64,000 nt of DNA from Octopus sinensis. Its lineage: Eukaryota. The DNA lies in NCBI RefSeq assembly GCF_006345805.1, contig NC_043015.1, forward strand, positions 11,780,001 through 11,844,000, given 5' to 3'. The notes below the pieces were generated by a model. It made no database searches and was not told the DNA's origin. It saw nothing but the letters and a program-made list of their open reading frames with translations. The translations under genes and the position numbers were made by a program. Position 1 is the first letter of the stretch. Each line of letters opens with the position of its first letter. This document shows, piece by piece, positions 41,448 to 53,628 of this stretch.

Positions 41448-42623
41448 GTGTATTGTTATGTATGTATATATATATGTAATATATATGCATATATGTATAT
41501 ACATACATACATACATACATACATACATACATACATACATACATACATACATACATACATACATACATGTACATATACACTATGAAAATATATCTTGAAG
41601 CTGAGCGATGGAAAAGAAAATATAGCTGGCTTTAAATTTGGTTTATTATATGTATCTTAATTGTTCTGCTGTTTTTGCCTGAAGTACTTTGTTACACTGT
41701 AAAACCATCATTTCATTTATAGTGTGAGAAAGATAACGATGATACATTGTTCTGTTCGGTGACTTTTGACAGAGATGATAGATATAAATATGAGACGCAA
41801 ATATAGGATTGTAAAACAGTTTCTTTCGTTTAGTTTTATATCTGTTGCATTGATGTCGGTTCGTTAATAGAGGAATAGCTCGTACATGTACTGATGGTAG
41901 TGATAACGTACAGAATTAGTTGTTTTCGTTTCGCACGGTTTTTGAGAGCAGCTCTTTTTTCTGTCCATTTATGGCAATCATGGCGTTTAAGTTATTGCAA
42001 TGACGCACAAGTGTCTCGTTGGTTATAGAGAAACTCATAATGATAATGCTGATTCTAGTTAGCTAAACAGCAAGCTAATTATTTTTGTTTTCTGAGATGT
42101 ACAAATATATGACCAGTGTTTATTATTGGTTGCTATGCTGTTTGAGAGAAGATTAGAGAAGATGATAGCCAAAACCAGTTTATCTTTCCCTGCACAAAAT
42201 AATTCAATAAACCACTGCAACCCAATCAAATACGCCTTAGAGTCACTGGCTCCTTATATTCACTGTTTATAACAAAGGATTATACTGGCCATAGTATATT
42301 AGACATTTCTTTAAGAAGACACTCGGTAATTTCCTTGGGTATACAGAGGCTGTTTGTTCAGGGCATGTCCACTGCAACACAAAATTTCATAGTCAAGCGT
42401 TAATCTGGTAGATAATCCCTTTACATTCCAACCAATAGTCTGGTCCGACTATATTAGTAAATCACGTAGTGGTGGTGGTGGTGGTGACGATGATGATAAG
42501 AAGGAGGAGTAGGGGGAGGGAGCGGATGATTACGGTTAAAAATCTTTCATCTGATTATGGTAATGATGATGATGACGATAACACCCTAGACAAAGCCGTT
42601 CTTGACATATACATATATATCTG

Positions 42624-42657
<34 letters not shown>

Positions 42658-42940
42658 GGATGATCACTTCTGATCTGAATATGTTAGTAAGTTATAAGAG
42701 AGCTTGAGATAATATCGAGACATAGTTACTCGAATAACAAAAAACTGCTGTTAAATTTCTCTGATTCAGCACTGTTGTCCTGAAAAATAAAATGTACAGA
42801 GACACTTGTCTCTGATATAGAGAAAAGCCAAGGGTGACCACTGAAACATTTTTGATGTTTGCGTTTGTCAATTATTGCTGAACAGAGCTTAAACAACAAC
42901 ATCATGCATATGCAGCCTGATAACGACCCTTTGCTTCTAC

Positions 42941-42987
42941 CTTGCAGTATTAACGGTTCCCTTTTCTTGATTGTAATCCTTGAAAGA
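42941..42987 (-). CDS. Candidate 47-nt exon, phase 0-2 (SFKDYNQEKGTVNTA)
   Basis: Acceptor ctctatttag, donor AAG|gtagaa. Short, so support is weak. Confidence 0.25.
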
Positions 42988-43229
42988 CTAAATAGAGTTC
43001 ACGCTACATCCACATGCGAACTTTATTTGGTTGTACAACCAACAAGATATTAATAAGGAGGATAGATATCTTAAGGGAAGGATAGATGCTCAACACGCTT
43101 TTTCATTAATATCATCTTCATCTTCAACACTACCCTCATGTTATGACGATAATGATCGTTATCATTATCGCCTCCCTCGTCGCCGTCCTCATAATCATCA
43201 TTGTCACAAGCAATCTCAACATTACCTTG

Positions 43230-43358
43230 GAAATCATAAAATGAATAGGAATCTCAACTAAAAATACAAAGTGGCGATATGATCGATTACGCACCTGATG
43301 GCAGTGCTTTGGCTTGGCCACAGTCCAATGAACACACAAGCAAAGTAATACAAGAATA

Positions 43359-43392
<34 letters not shown>

Positions 43393-45214
43393 TGTATGTA
43401 TATATATATACACACATATATATACATATATATACATATATACATACATACATATATATGATGATCGTCATCATCATCAACATCATCATCATCGTCATCA
43501 TCATTACTGTCTTCGTCCTCGTCGTCGTCTTCGACTATTAAATTGTCATCGCCCTCATCATCATTATCACCACTATCAGCTGAAGTATTTTCACTGTTTT
43601 CATCCTTATCATCAATTGCATCATCACCATTATCATCATTATCATCATCATCATCATCATCATCGTCGTCGTCGTCGTCAACATATCATCCTCATTATCA
43701 GTTTGATCATCACCACCATCATCATCACCACCACCATCATCATCATCACCGCCCCCATTTTTATCATCGCCATAATCATCAACCATCACCATGAACATCA
43801 TCGTCACTACCACCACTATCATTGCCATCATCATTATAATAATTAATATTATCACCCATGTATTTTAATAAGATTGTCAGGAGAGAAAGAGCACGGGTGG
43901 AGGGTGTCCATCAGGTTCGTATGACCCACACCAACCCTTGACAGTTCTGATATGGAGATGGTTGTTTTTTTGTGTTTTTTTTACGTATATCCTTTTTTTT
44001 ATGCAATCCTTATTCAAACCGTTATCTTCCCGGTGTCCCCTTCCATCACCCTTCACCATTCAACACGTCATCCTTGCAGACTTCAGATTGCAGATGCTCA
44101 GACTGGATAGCAACTGCCATCACTTGCGAGAGGAAATCCAGCACAGCCCGTATCACGTTAAGATCTTAGGAATCCTTAAGAAGACAGGTGGACGTTCCGA
44201 TAAGTGTGGTGGTCGTGGTGAAGGGATTTCGAGCTAGAAAAGTGAGATAGTGTGGTGGGCAGCGTGAGGGTGTTATAGTGATGTTGTGTTAGTGGTGGAG
44301 GAATTGATGGTGGTCATTGTAGCAGTGGTGTGGTAGCGGTGGTGGTAGAGGTAGTGATGGCGTGGTTGCGTTAATGGAGATGGTAGTGGTGGTGGATTTG
44401 TGCTTTGGTGATTTGGCGGCGGCGGCGGCGGTGGTGGAACTGGTGGCGCTGGTTGTGTTTGTGGTGATCATGAAGATAGTGGTGATGGTGATGGTGGTGG
44501 TGGTGGTGGAGATGGTGGTGGTCGTGGTCGGATTGGTGATGGCAGTTGCGCTGTTACTAAGTGCTGATACCGGTGACGGTTGTGTCGGTGTGTTTTAGTG
44601 GTGGTGACGGTGGTGGTTGTGGTGGTGGTGGTGATGTTCGATGGCGGTGGTGTTCAATGGTGGTGGTGTTCGATGGTGGTGATGGTCGTGGTGGTGGTGG
44701 TGGTGGTGGTGGTGGTAGTGCAGGTGCTGGTAAAAGACACTATTAAAAGTGCAGATGTGTTCTCAGGACAAAATAAAATGGTTTCATTGATCAACAATGT
44801 TTTTCGAATACAAAAATTGGAATGTAGTCAAGAGAAATTTTGAACAAGAAAATTTTGCACAATAAACATAGAATAACGTTCAGGTTGTGTAAATGGGTAG
44901 AACATCAAACTCTATTACCCGACAGCATAGTCATCCACATATGTATCTGATCTCAATAAACAGAGGCAGAAAACTTAACGGCATGAAGGTCAATCGCCGA
45001 CCTTATCAACATACAACTTTTCTGCTTTTTCGAACAAAATAAATGTTTAGAAAAAACGTATATATATATATATATATATATTATGTTCTTGTATTACTTT
45101 GCTTGTGTGTTCATTGGAGTGTGGCCAAGAAAGAGCACTGCCATCAGGTGCATAATCGACCATATCGCCACACTCTGTATTTTTAGTTGAGATTCGTATT
45201 CATTTTATGATTTC
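43230..45214. repeat. Inverted repeat pair (43230-43356 and 45086-45214)
   Basis: About 128-bp arms, about 92% identical by manual alignment. Confidence 0.85.
43458..44725. repeat. Degenerate (CAT)n (43458-43855) and (GGT)n (44290-44725) tracts
   Basis: Seen directly in the sequence. Confidence 0.9.
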
Positions 45215-45337
45215 GAATGACATGTTTACTTTTACGGTTAAAAGTACTTAACATGGCACAGAGATATGCACTGATATATACAAATACATACACACACATA
45301 AATATATAGGTGTGTATGTGTCTATGCGTTTATAAAG

Positions 45338-45655
45338 ACTCCGCCGGTTACGACGACGAGGGTCCCAGCTGATACGATCAACGGAACAGCTTGCTCGTGA
45401 AATTAACGTGCAAATGGCTGAGCATTCCACAGACACGTGTACCCTTAACGTAGTTCTCGGGGATAATCAGCGTGACACAGAGAGTGACAAAGCTGACCCT
45501 TTGAAATACAAGTACAACTCATTTTTGCCAGCTGAGTGGACTGGAGCAACGTGAAATAAAGTGTCTTGCTCAAGGACACAACGCGTCGCCGGGAATCGAA
45601 CTCACAACCTTACGATCATGAGCCGAATGCCCTAACCACTAAGCCACACGCCCTC
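45338..45655 (-). mobile_element. tRNA-derived SINE with a different head but the family-C tail
   Basis: Head GGCGTGTGGCTTAGTGGTTAGG...GAGTTCGATTCCC; tail near-identical to 33686-33870. Confidence 0.8.
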
Positions 45656-45735
45656 ACTTCTATGCGTTTATACATCAACACAGACACACACACTCACAGA
45701 TACACTCTCATATATGTGTGTGTATATATATATAT

Positions 45736-45877
45736 GAGAGAATCCACTATGTGGACGCTCTTACGTTAGATATAGATCCGCAAAGGCAATCCACCACTAA
45801 GAATTGTTCTGGATTGTAGTGGATTCCCTTTGCGGATCTATATCTAGCGTAAGAGCGTCCACATAGTGGATTCTCTC
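45736..45877. mobile_element. Hairpin MITE with 59-bp inverted arms
   Basis: Arm gagagaatccactatgtggacgctcttacg... with 2 mismatches to its reverse complement. Confidence 0.8.
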
Positions 45878-46080
45878 TTATAGTTGTGTATTAATAATAT
45901 TTACTGAATCTCAGTCTTTTATACGCAAGGCCACTCGGTGTTTAAATTGGTGTTATTAAATTAATATCCAAGTTTTTCACCCTTATTTTGACTTTAGTTA
46001 TATATATATATAATGTGCTTCTTTTATGTTCATTTGTAATCAAATAATGTTACTTTAATCTGTAGAGTACAAATTTATTC

Positions 46081-46202
46081 TTATACAAGAATGTTGTTGA
46101 CAGTGTCTGCAAAGTTTCGGTCAGCTAAGCCATAATCGACAGTCCGGCGGTAGCTTAGCTGACCGAAACTTCGAAATGACTGTCAACGACATTCTTTTAT
46201 AA
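46081..46202. mobile_element. Hairpin MITE-like element with about 50-bp inverted arms
   Basis: ttata.aagaatgt.gttgacagt...aagtttcggtcagctaagc and its reverse complement. Confidence 0.75.
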
Positions 46203-46234
46203 AAATAAGAACATAATATATATATATATTATAT

Positions 46235-46266
<32 letters not shown>

Positions 46267-46447
46267 TATATATTTATTTATAGTGGCTGTGTGGTAAGTA
46301 GCTTGCTTACGAACCACATATTTGCGGGTTCAGTAACACCGCGTTGCACCTTGGGCAAGTGTCTTCTACTATAGCCTTGAGCCGACCAAGCTTTGTAAGT
46401 GGATTTGGTAGAGGGAACTGAAAGATGCCTGTATATATATGTATATA

Positions 46448-46524
<77 letters not shown>

Positions 46525-46530
46525 TATAAA

Positions 46531-46720
46531 ATATTATTAGAGACAAAACCACTATTTTGCAAAACAAACAAGGAAAGACTTAATCAATACATAAAATTTT
46601 AATAAATAGTCAAAAAAAAACCGCCACTACAATCGTTTCTTGTCTTGATCGACAATCTTCAGGTGGACTTCCAATAAGTCAGTTTCATTTGCAAAATAGT
46701 GGGTTTGTCTCTAATAATAT
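46531..46720. mobile_element. Small element with 33-bp inverted termini enclosing a hammerhead motif
   Basis: Arms 46531-46563 and 46688-46720 with 1 mismatch. Confidence 0.75.
46624..46666 (-). ncRNA. Minimal type-I hammerhead ribozyme motif
   Basis: ccac-CUGAAGA-uuguc(gaucaa)gacaa-GAAA-c(gauu)g-UA-gugg; stems I and II fully paired. Confidence 0.75.
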
Positions 46721-46817
46721 TTATAATATTTTACTATAAAATTGGATTTAATCCTAAATCTGATTTTTTTCCCTGTAAATTTGGATTATTCCCAATATTT
46801 ATTATTATAATATATAA

Positions 46818-46864
<47 letters not shown>

Positions 46865-47168
46865 ATATGTACGTGTGTGTGTCTGTGTTTGTTCCCCCAA
46901 CATCGCTTGATAACCGATGCTGCTGTGTTTACGTCAACGTAACTTAGTGGTTCAGCAAAAGATACCGATATAATAAGTACTAGGCTTACAAAGAAAAAGT
47001 CCTGGGGTTCATTTGCTCGACTAAAGGCGGTGCTCCAGCATGGCCACAGGCAAATGACAGAAACAAATAAAAGCGTAAAGAGTAAGAGTATATATATATT
47101 TAAATTTATATATATATATACGCATGCATACATACATTCATGCATACATACATACATACATACATACA

Positions 47169-47201
<33 letters not shown>

Positions 47202-47458
47202 TCAAACATACACACACACATACACATGATAGTTTTACGCATAATTTTCCCCCTTCTAAGTTTCATTTACTTAGTATTGGTCAAATCATTACTATTGTAG
47301 AAGACGCATGTCCAAGATGCCGCGTCGTATAATCGAACTGGTAACAAGTCCTTTCACCACTCGGCTATTCTTGTCCCTATACTTCCATTTAATATCTTAC
47401 ATTCGCACAAAAATCTAAATTTGTTATGTCACGTTTATTCAGTTGACCTCTTAAATAC

Positions 47459-47746
47459 CTGTTCTTTAAGTTGTTCAGTGATATGCTAGAAATAACAGAT
47501 GAATGTCCACTCATATCGCACCCTTCCGTCTTGAACAAAAGACAAAGTACATTTTAGGTTATATCGTTCTCTCTGGTCCAAGAAAAAGGAATGAGAAGGC
47601 AAAATGTTGGCAGCACTTCCTATTGCGGGCCCATCTAGGAGTGAAAGATCAACATGTGATACATATCGGTACTCCAGGAAGTAAGGCAAAGATATCCCAA
47701 GAGTACTTTGAAATCACAAGCCGTATGACAATGATAAATACCATTT
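47459..47746 (-). pseudogene. Candidate 288-nt exon, phase 0-0, with two in-frame stops (KWYLSLSYGL*FQSTLGISLPYFLEY...ICYF*HITEQLKEQ)
   Basis: Acceptor ttataatctcag, donor CAG|gtattt. TGA at 47714-47716 and TAG at 47486-47488, with 75 open codons between them. Confidence 0.35.
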
Positions 47747-49029
47747 CTGAGATTATAAATATACGTCAGTTAGGTGTAGTGCAGTACCGTTTCTATTATC
47801 TTTACTGAAATAAATGTTACCCACATACACCATAAGAATCATTACTAACTTTCCTTCCTAAACATTTGCTCAGTATTGTATGAAACAATAACAGTTTTAC
47901 TCAGCAAGATTTAATATTTTAATATCAATTTCAACGTGAAATGCTATTACCAACAACAACGGTTTCGAGCTGCTTCCTGTAAATATTAAAATTCAAGCTT
48001 ACGAACGAAGCATTATAAATTATACATGTCTAAAAGACAAGAAAAATCGTAATAAGAAGAAAAGAAACCAGCAAACAAATATGTATCCAATAACTGTGTA
48101 CATGAATGATTGCTAGCAAGTTAGTGTTTGAAATTAGGAAAACTAAACAATACGGAAAAGTTATCAATAATTTATTGTGATGCTCGAAACTGAATCAAGA
48201 GCCAAGTGCAAATTATTGATTTCAATGAGTAATTCAACGTTGAAATACATCATCTGTGTTTATTTTAAGCGACTTCTATTAATGCATTTCTGAAATGACA
48301 TGGTGGCGTATCACATATACGTACGTACGTACGTATAATACATGCATGCATACATAAATATACACGTTCATACAGGAATACATGAGTAAACACATACACA
48401 TACATGTGTGTCGGTGAGCGGTGCGAGGTAAATTGCGATATGTATGTATACGTGTATATAAATATATATGCAAATATATACATATATATGTACATACATA
48501 TATATATATACATATATATATATGTATATATATATATGTATATACTTATATATGCATATGCATATATATGCATATATATATATATATATATATACACACC
48601 AGATTTTCTTTATGTGTTATATTACATGACTTTCTTCCTTTTCGTTTAATTCCTATAGACATGAAATCATAGCACCGCTCACTCACTGAGCCTTTGTATA
48701 CATTGTCTGAAATTCAATATCTCATTTAGATTAACTAAAACTGTACTACCTAAGTTCATATGCACCTAGTTACATTGATTAATTGCATGGTATGTTTGTA
48801 TATAAGTAGCCATATCTATAATATTTTCGTAGATACTCTGTAATAAATGTTCTCTACATTTCTCAGACATTGTATTTCGTTGATATATGAAATGAGTATC
48901 AAGCATTTGTGATGTAAACAACTGCTATACAGCAGCTGAAAACCGAGTCATTTATGTCGTAAGCATTTGTATAACGCATAAATTAAATGTTGGGAAGAAT
49001 TAATAGCGAGTTAGACGAAGATTCTTAAC

Positions 49030-50000
49030 AGTATTTCTTCTCGTACGCTACGTTCTGAGTTCAAATTCCGCCGAGGTCGACTTTGCCTTTCATCCCTTCG
49101 GGGTAGATTAAATAAGTACCAGTTACGCACTGTAGTCGATATAATCGACTTAATCCGTTTGTCTGTCCTTGTTTGTCCTCTCTGTGCTTAGCCCCTTGTG
49201 GGTAGTAAATACTTCGCCTTTCAGCTTTCAGTAATTGATAATATAAGTACCAGTCAAGTTCTGGGGGTCGATCGATTTCCCTTTCTCCCTCAAAACTACT
49301 GGCTTTTGTGCCAAAATTAGAAAGAATAAATTCGAAGCTGAGAAAATGAGATTTATTATCATAGATACACAGTATATAGTTGTACAGGGTATTTTTTTAA
49401 TATTTTCTCAAAACAATGAGAATGCAATAAAACAAAAATAAGCGATCAATTATACCACGTTTATTTGTATATTTGCATTAACTTTCAAGAAAATTAATCT
49501 AAATTAAATTAATATTATAATGTACTGCATTTCGGTAAATAACCTTCTAATACTGGTTTCAAATTCTGGCACGAGCCAGCAATTCGAGGGTGGGGATAAG
49601 TCGAGTACATCGATCAAGTGCTCAACTGCTATTTGTTTCCTCGACTCCGAATAGATGAAAGGCAAAGCTGACTCCGGTGGAATTTGAACTCAGAACGTAA
49701 AGTAGGAAGAACTGATGCTAAGTATTTTTCCTGCGCAGTAACAATTCTACCTAGCGCAGATTTGAGAAACCGCAAGATATTGGCTTCAAATTTTGGCGCA
49801 AGACCAGCGATTTTAAGGGAGGGTGCCAGTCGATTACATCGACCCCAGTGCTCAACTTTCACTTATTTTATGGAACCCCCGAAACGATGGAAAGCAAAGT
49901 CGATTTCGGTGGAATTTGAACTCAGAGAATGAAGACTGACGAAATGCTGCTAAGCAATTTCCCCGGCGTGGTAACTATTTTGCCACCTCGCCACCTTAAG
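49030..50000. mobile_element. Cluster of family-A SINE copies (+ strand 49030-49330; - strand 49540-49760 and 49800-50000)
   Basis: Repeated core motifs in both orientations. Confidence 0.75.
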
Positions 50001-50173
50001 AAACTGCAAAATATTAAATTAAATCTAGCAACACGCACACAAACACAAACACACACATATACTCATATACACGCACACGCACGCAGGCACACACATATAT
50101 GCATATATATATATATCTATGAAAAAACAAGTCAAAAATAGAAAATGCTAAAATAATTTTATAGTGAACATTT

Positions 50174-50211
50174 CAGTACCTGTTTCGGTCATTTTGAGAC
50201 CTTTTCAACTG
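50174..50211 (-). ncRNA. Hammerhead-like motif with variant core
   Basis: cag-UUGAAAA-gguc(ucaaaau)gacc-GAAA-c(ag)g-UA-cug. Confidence 0.35.
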
Positions 50212-50709
50212 TAACGATTAAATAATTAAATTTAGAAAAATTAGAAGAAAAGTTTTTTTAAAGTAATATTTCTATAGTAGTGTTCAGATTTAAGTGGCAT
50301 TCTGCCTTTCTCTGACTCCCTTGTTTGCACTTGTGTGTTGGAGGTCGTTGTGAGTTCTTCGTAGGGTAGTAGAGGAAGAAGGCTAATGAGGAAAGGGGGT
50401 GGGAGAATCTGGGAGTGCCCTGATGGTCGTATTTTGAATGGTCAGTGGCGGCTGGCAGTCACAGTTCAATTCAGGAGAATATTTCTATTGAAAGGCTTGT
50501 TTATAGAATTTGCGTAGGTGTTATACTAAAAAACTATATCTATATATATTATACTATATCTAATATATATATCTATATATATTATGGTTATGACTTTTTC
50601 ACAACCTCGATTAGCAATTTCATAAAAGCCAGGAAACTAACATTTATTTTGCCTTATTTGAAAACAAAACGTCATCCCCAACTTAAGAAATCGGTCACCA
50701 CTTTCGACT

Positions 50710-53152
50710 CAAATCATGCAAGATTCTGGTGGTGTGAGATGGAGTTCATGAAGCCTGCTCAAGTTTTTACGAATCGTGGTGTGCTGACTCAATGCAATGA
50801 AGAAATAGTATATCTAAAATTTCAGCTTTCTAGTTAAAGCAGGTTCGGAGTTATGGGCTTTTAAAACTATAATCACTAAGTGGCACTAGGTTCATACTTC
50901 AGTATTTTCGCTGCCTAAATCCTTGTAAAAACAAGAGTGATGTGGAATAAAAGTGTATTTATACATTTTTAAGATTACTGAATTGAAATTTCATAATCTG
51001 AAGGTTCAAAACTAGGCTGTTTTAGGACAGAGGCCACTACAAGCATTCACTAACATACAAAATTAAAAACAAGACATATTTTAACTTCATAGGTTTAATT
51101 ACAAGTTTAAATAACTGTATAAGAAAAAGTGTGGTTAATGTTAGCAAACTTTTGAACATGAGAAAGAATTAATATGTTTTGTTAGATAAAATAAATCGAA
51201 GCTGAAGTTTCTCCTTCTTTTTACAAACATCATAAAGATCTTGAAGGCACTTGATTGCCCGTTCTGCACTCTGATTTGTTCTGAGAATTTCCAGTTTTGA
51301 TGGTTTTCGACTCGAAAAGTTTTTTACAGAGTTCAATGCTTTTTTATGAACTTGCAGGCTACCACATAACTTTTGATAATCATGTGCATTGAACATTTGG
51401 TAACTGAACCAAAAATCTGCCCAGCTGTAAGAAATGAATCAACAAATATTGAGAAGCAAATCTCTTTTCTTTGGTAGAAGAATAAATGCCAAAAGAGCCA
51501 GAATTGCTAGAAAATTCCATCTTGAATTACGTTTTTTGAAAACATTACAGTAGGAAATTTGTCGGTTTCTTGAAAGAAATGAAAAACTCTGGTCAAATGA
51601 AATAGAAATTTTGTGTCATTTCGCCATCCTGCTGATTCAGTAATCTTTTCTGCGCCATAGTTGAAATTAGCTTGGAGTTTCTCGTAATTACTTAGAAGCT
51701 TTGGGATGAATGCATATTCAATGTTGGGAGATGACTTTTTTTTCTCCAAGTTCGTTATCCATTACAACACGAAGAACTCTATCAAGGATATGATGCTAAC
51801 GACCAATAGACTGCGGTTGTTTCAAATCCTTTCAAGCAAACAGTCTTTGCAACTGAATGACAATGCCATTTCTTTTCCCAGTGTTTACACTCATTGTATC
51901 AGTAGCAATCATCTTTACACAGTTCCATAAATTGTATTCATCTAAAACAGCTGTTATATCTTTCACAACAGTATCGGTTTTCCGTTTTGTAATTGGAGTG
52001 CTTCTCTCTGTTCATCCTTTAAAACTAGCACTTGGTATTCTTGGTCCTCAATACGTTTACCATCAAAATATAATGATCAACCTTCTAAATGTAATGTTTT
52101 CTTCATTTTCTTTTTTAGTTTAACAGCTTCTTTGATAATCGATCTTTAAATACCAGATTGGGAAGGAGTCTCGACGTTGATTCCATCTTGAGATAATTGA
52201 CAAACTGTTGTTGCTTTTTGGGTCGATAGCTTGGAAGATATTACAAACTTGGTTGTAGTTTCAGTTCTGCTATACTTCCTCCTTGTTTGTGTGGATTCTT
52301 CATCTGATTTTTCGAACTTTTGATATTTGCTTTCAGTCTCTGCTTAAGACTTTGACGATGACACTGGAGTTGCTCTGGTTGAAGGCAGCATTAAGAACAC
52401 TTTTTCTTTTGGATGGATGGACATTTTTGGAACTGGCTCCATACCCAACCTCTCCCTTCCTTTCAATTTGAAGGTAATATAACCTTCTATCCTCACTGCA
52501 CAGCCATTCACCGTTTTCTTTTGTGATGTCAAAAAATCCTTTCAGGGAATTATATTTTCCTCGTTTTACACATTTATCGTAGGTATTCAGCACTAATTCT
52601 ACTTTTGCTTCTAAATTTTGAATTGATAAATATGGAAAATTTAATTTCTTTTGCCATAAAAAAGTTACTTCTTTCTAAATTTGATGGTACCTCCAAGGAA
52701 CAGCTAGCGACCGACAATTTGAAGTTTCATTGGCGTCCTACAGATGTTTTTCAAAGAATGCTCTTCTAGAGGAACAGGTCTTCTTTCCCAATGTGAGTCT
52801 TGAAATTGCACGATATTCTTCGTCCAGATTTTTTTGGTTCTTTGAGTGACACAAGCACTTCTTTTATGAGGCATTATTTTAGATACTCTAGTTGGATAAA
52901 CCTACTATTCTGAAAAACAGTTAATATAGTCAGAGATTTTATCGTCACAGAAATAAATAGGAGAAGGAGAGAATATTTCCTAAAGTAGGGCGTAAGTGGC
53001 AACAAATTAAAAACTATATAACTCCTAAGCTACTTAAACTTGTAAGTTGAAATTTGAGATATACTGCTTCTGCATAGCATTAAGTCAGCACACCAAGTTT
53101 GGTAAAAACTTGAATAGGCATTATGAACCCCACTAGAATTCTGCATGATTTG
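50710..53152 (-). mobile_element. TIR DNA transposon of unassigned superfamily with a decayed DDE transposase (about 51170-52620)
   Basis: Diverged inverted arms 50710-50854 and 53018-53152. Motifs IATDTMSVNTG, HHILDRVL, WNSRAILAL, TNQSAERAIK. Confidence 0.75.
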
Positions 53153-53628
53153 GTGTTAGATTTCTTCAGTAACGTTTTTTTTTTTAAATAACACAAAAAT
53201 ATTTCCCCTACTTACATGAAATTCTCCATCGACTTTTGATAGAGGAAAATGTTTACTTTCAAAACAATGAAGAAGTCATAACCCGAATATATACATATTG
53301 ATATTGATTTATTGATATATATTTTTATGTATGAACATCAATGTCAAAGAGTTGTTCGATATCTTTATATAGAGTTAATTTAAGTATGTATCCAGTTAAG
53401 CTCCTAAACATAACATTCTCTCTACGTACACATACGATTGAAATTATAAGTATCGTAATATATACGACACTTATCATAAGGAGAGCCAACATAAGTTTTC
53501 AAGGACATTTGTCACACGGTGGACAAGAAACAGAACTCTGAGAGTATATTTACGTAAAAGATAAATATATATACACAGAAGGAAAATGAAATTGATCTTT
53601 GACAACTATGTTGAAAACTTTGGACATA

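Larger units (their letters stand above)
46282..47075 (+). mobile_element. SINE family B whose internal microsatellite hosts the hammerhead element
   Basis: Head 46282-46432, tail 46885-47075. Confidence 0.7.

Noticed and set aside
47503-47808. 101-aa plus-strand ORF
   Set aside because: No recognisable domain or splice context; it overlaps the minus-strand exon candidate and is likely its antisense shadow.
48686-48706. 20-nt micro-exon with strong splice sites
   Set aside because: Too short to distinguish from chance and not needed for the phase chain.
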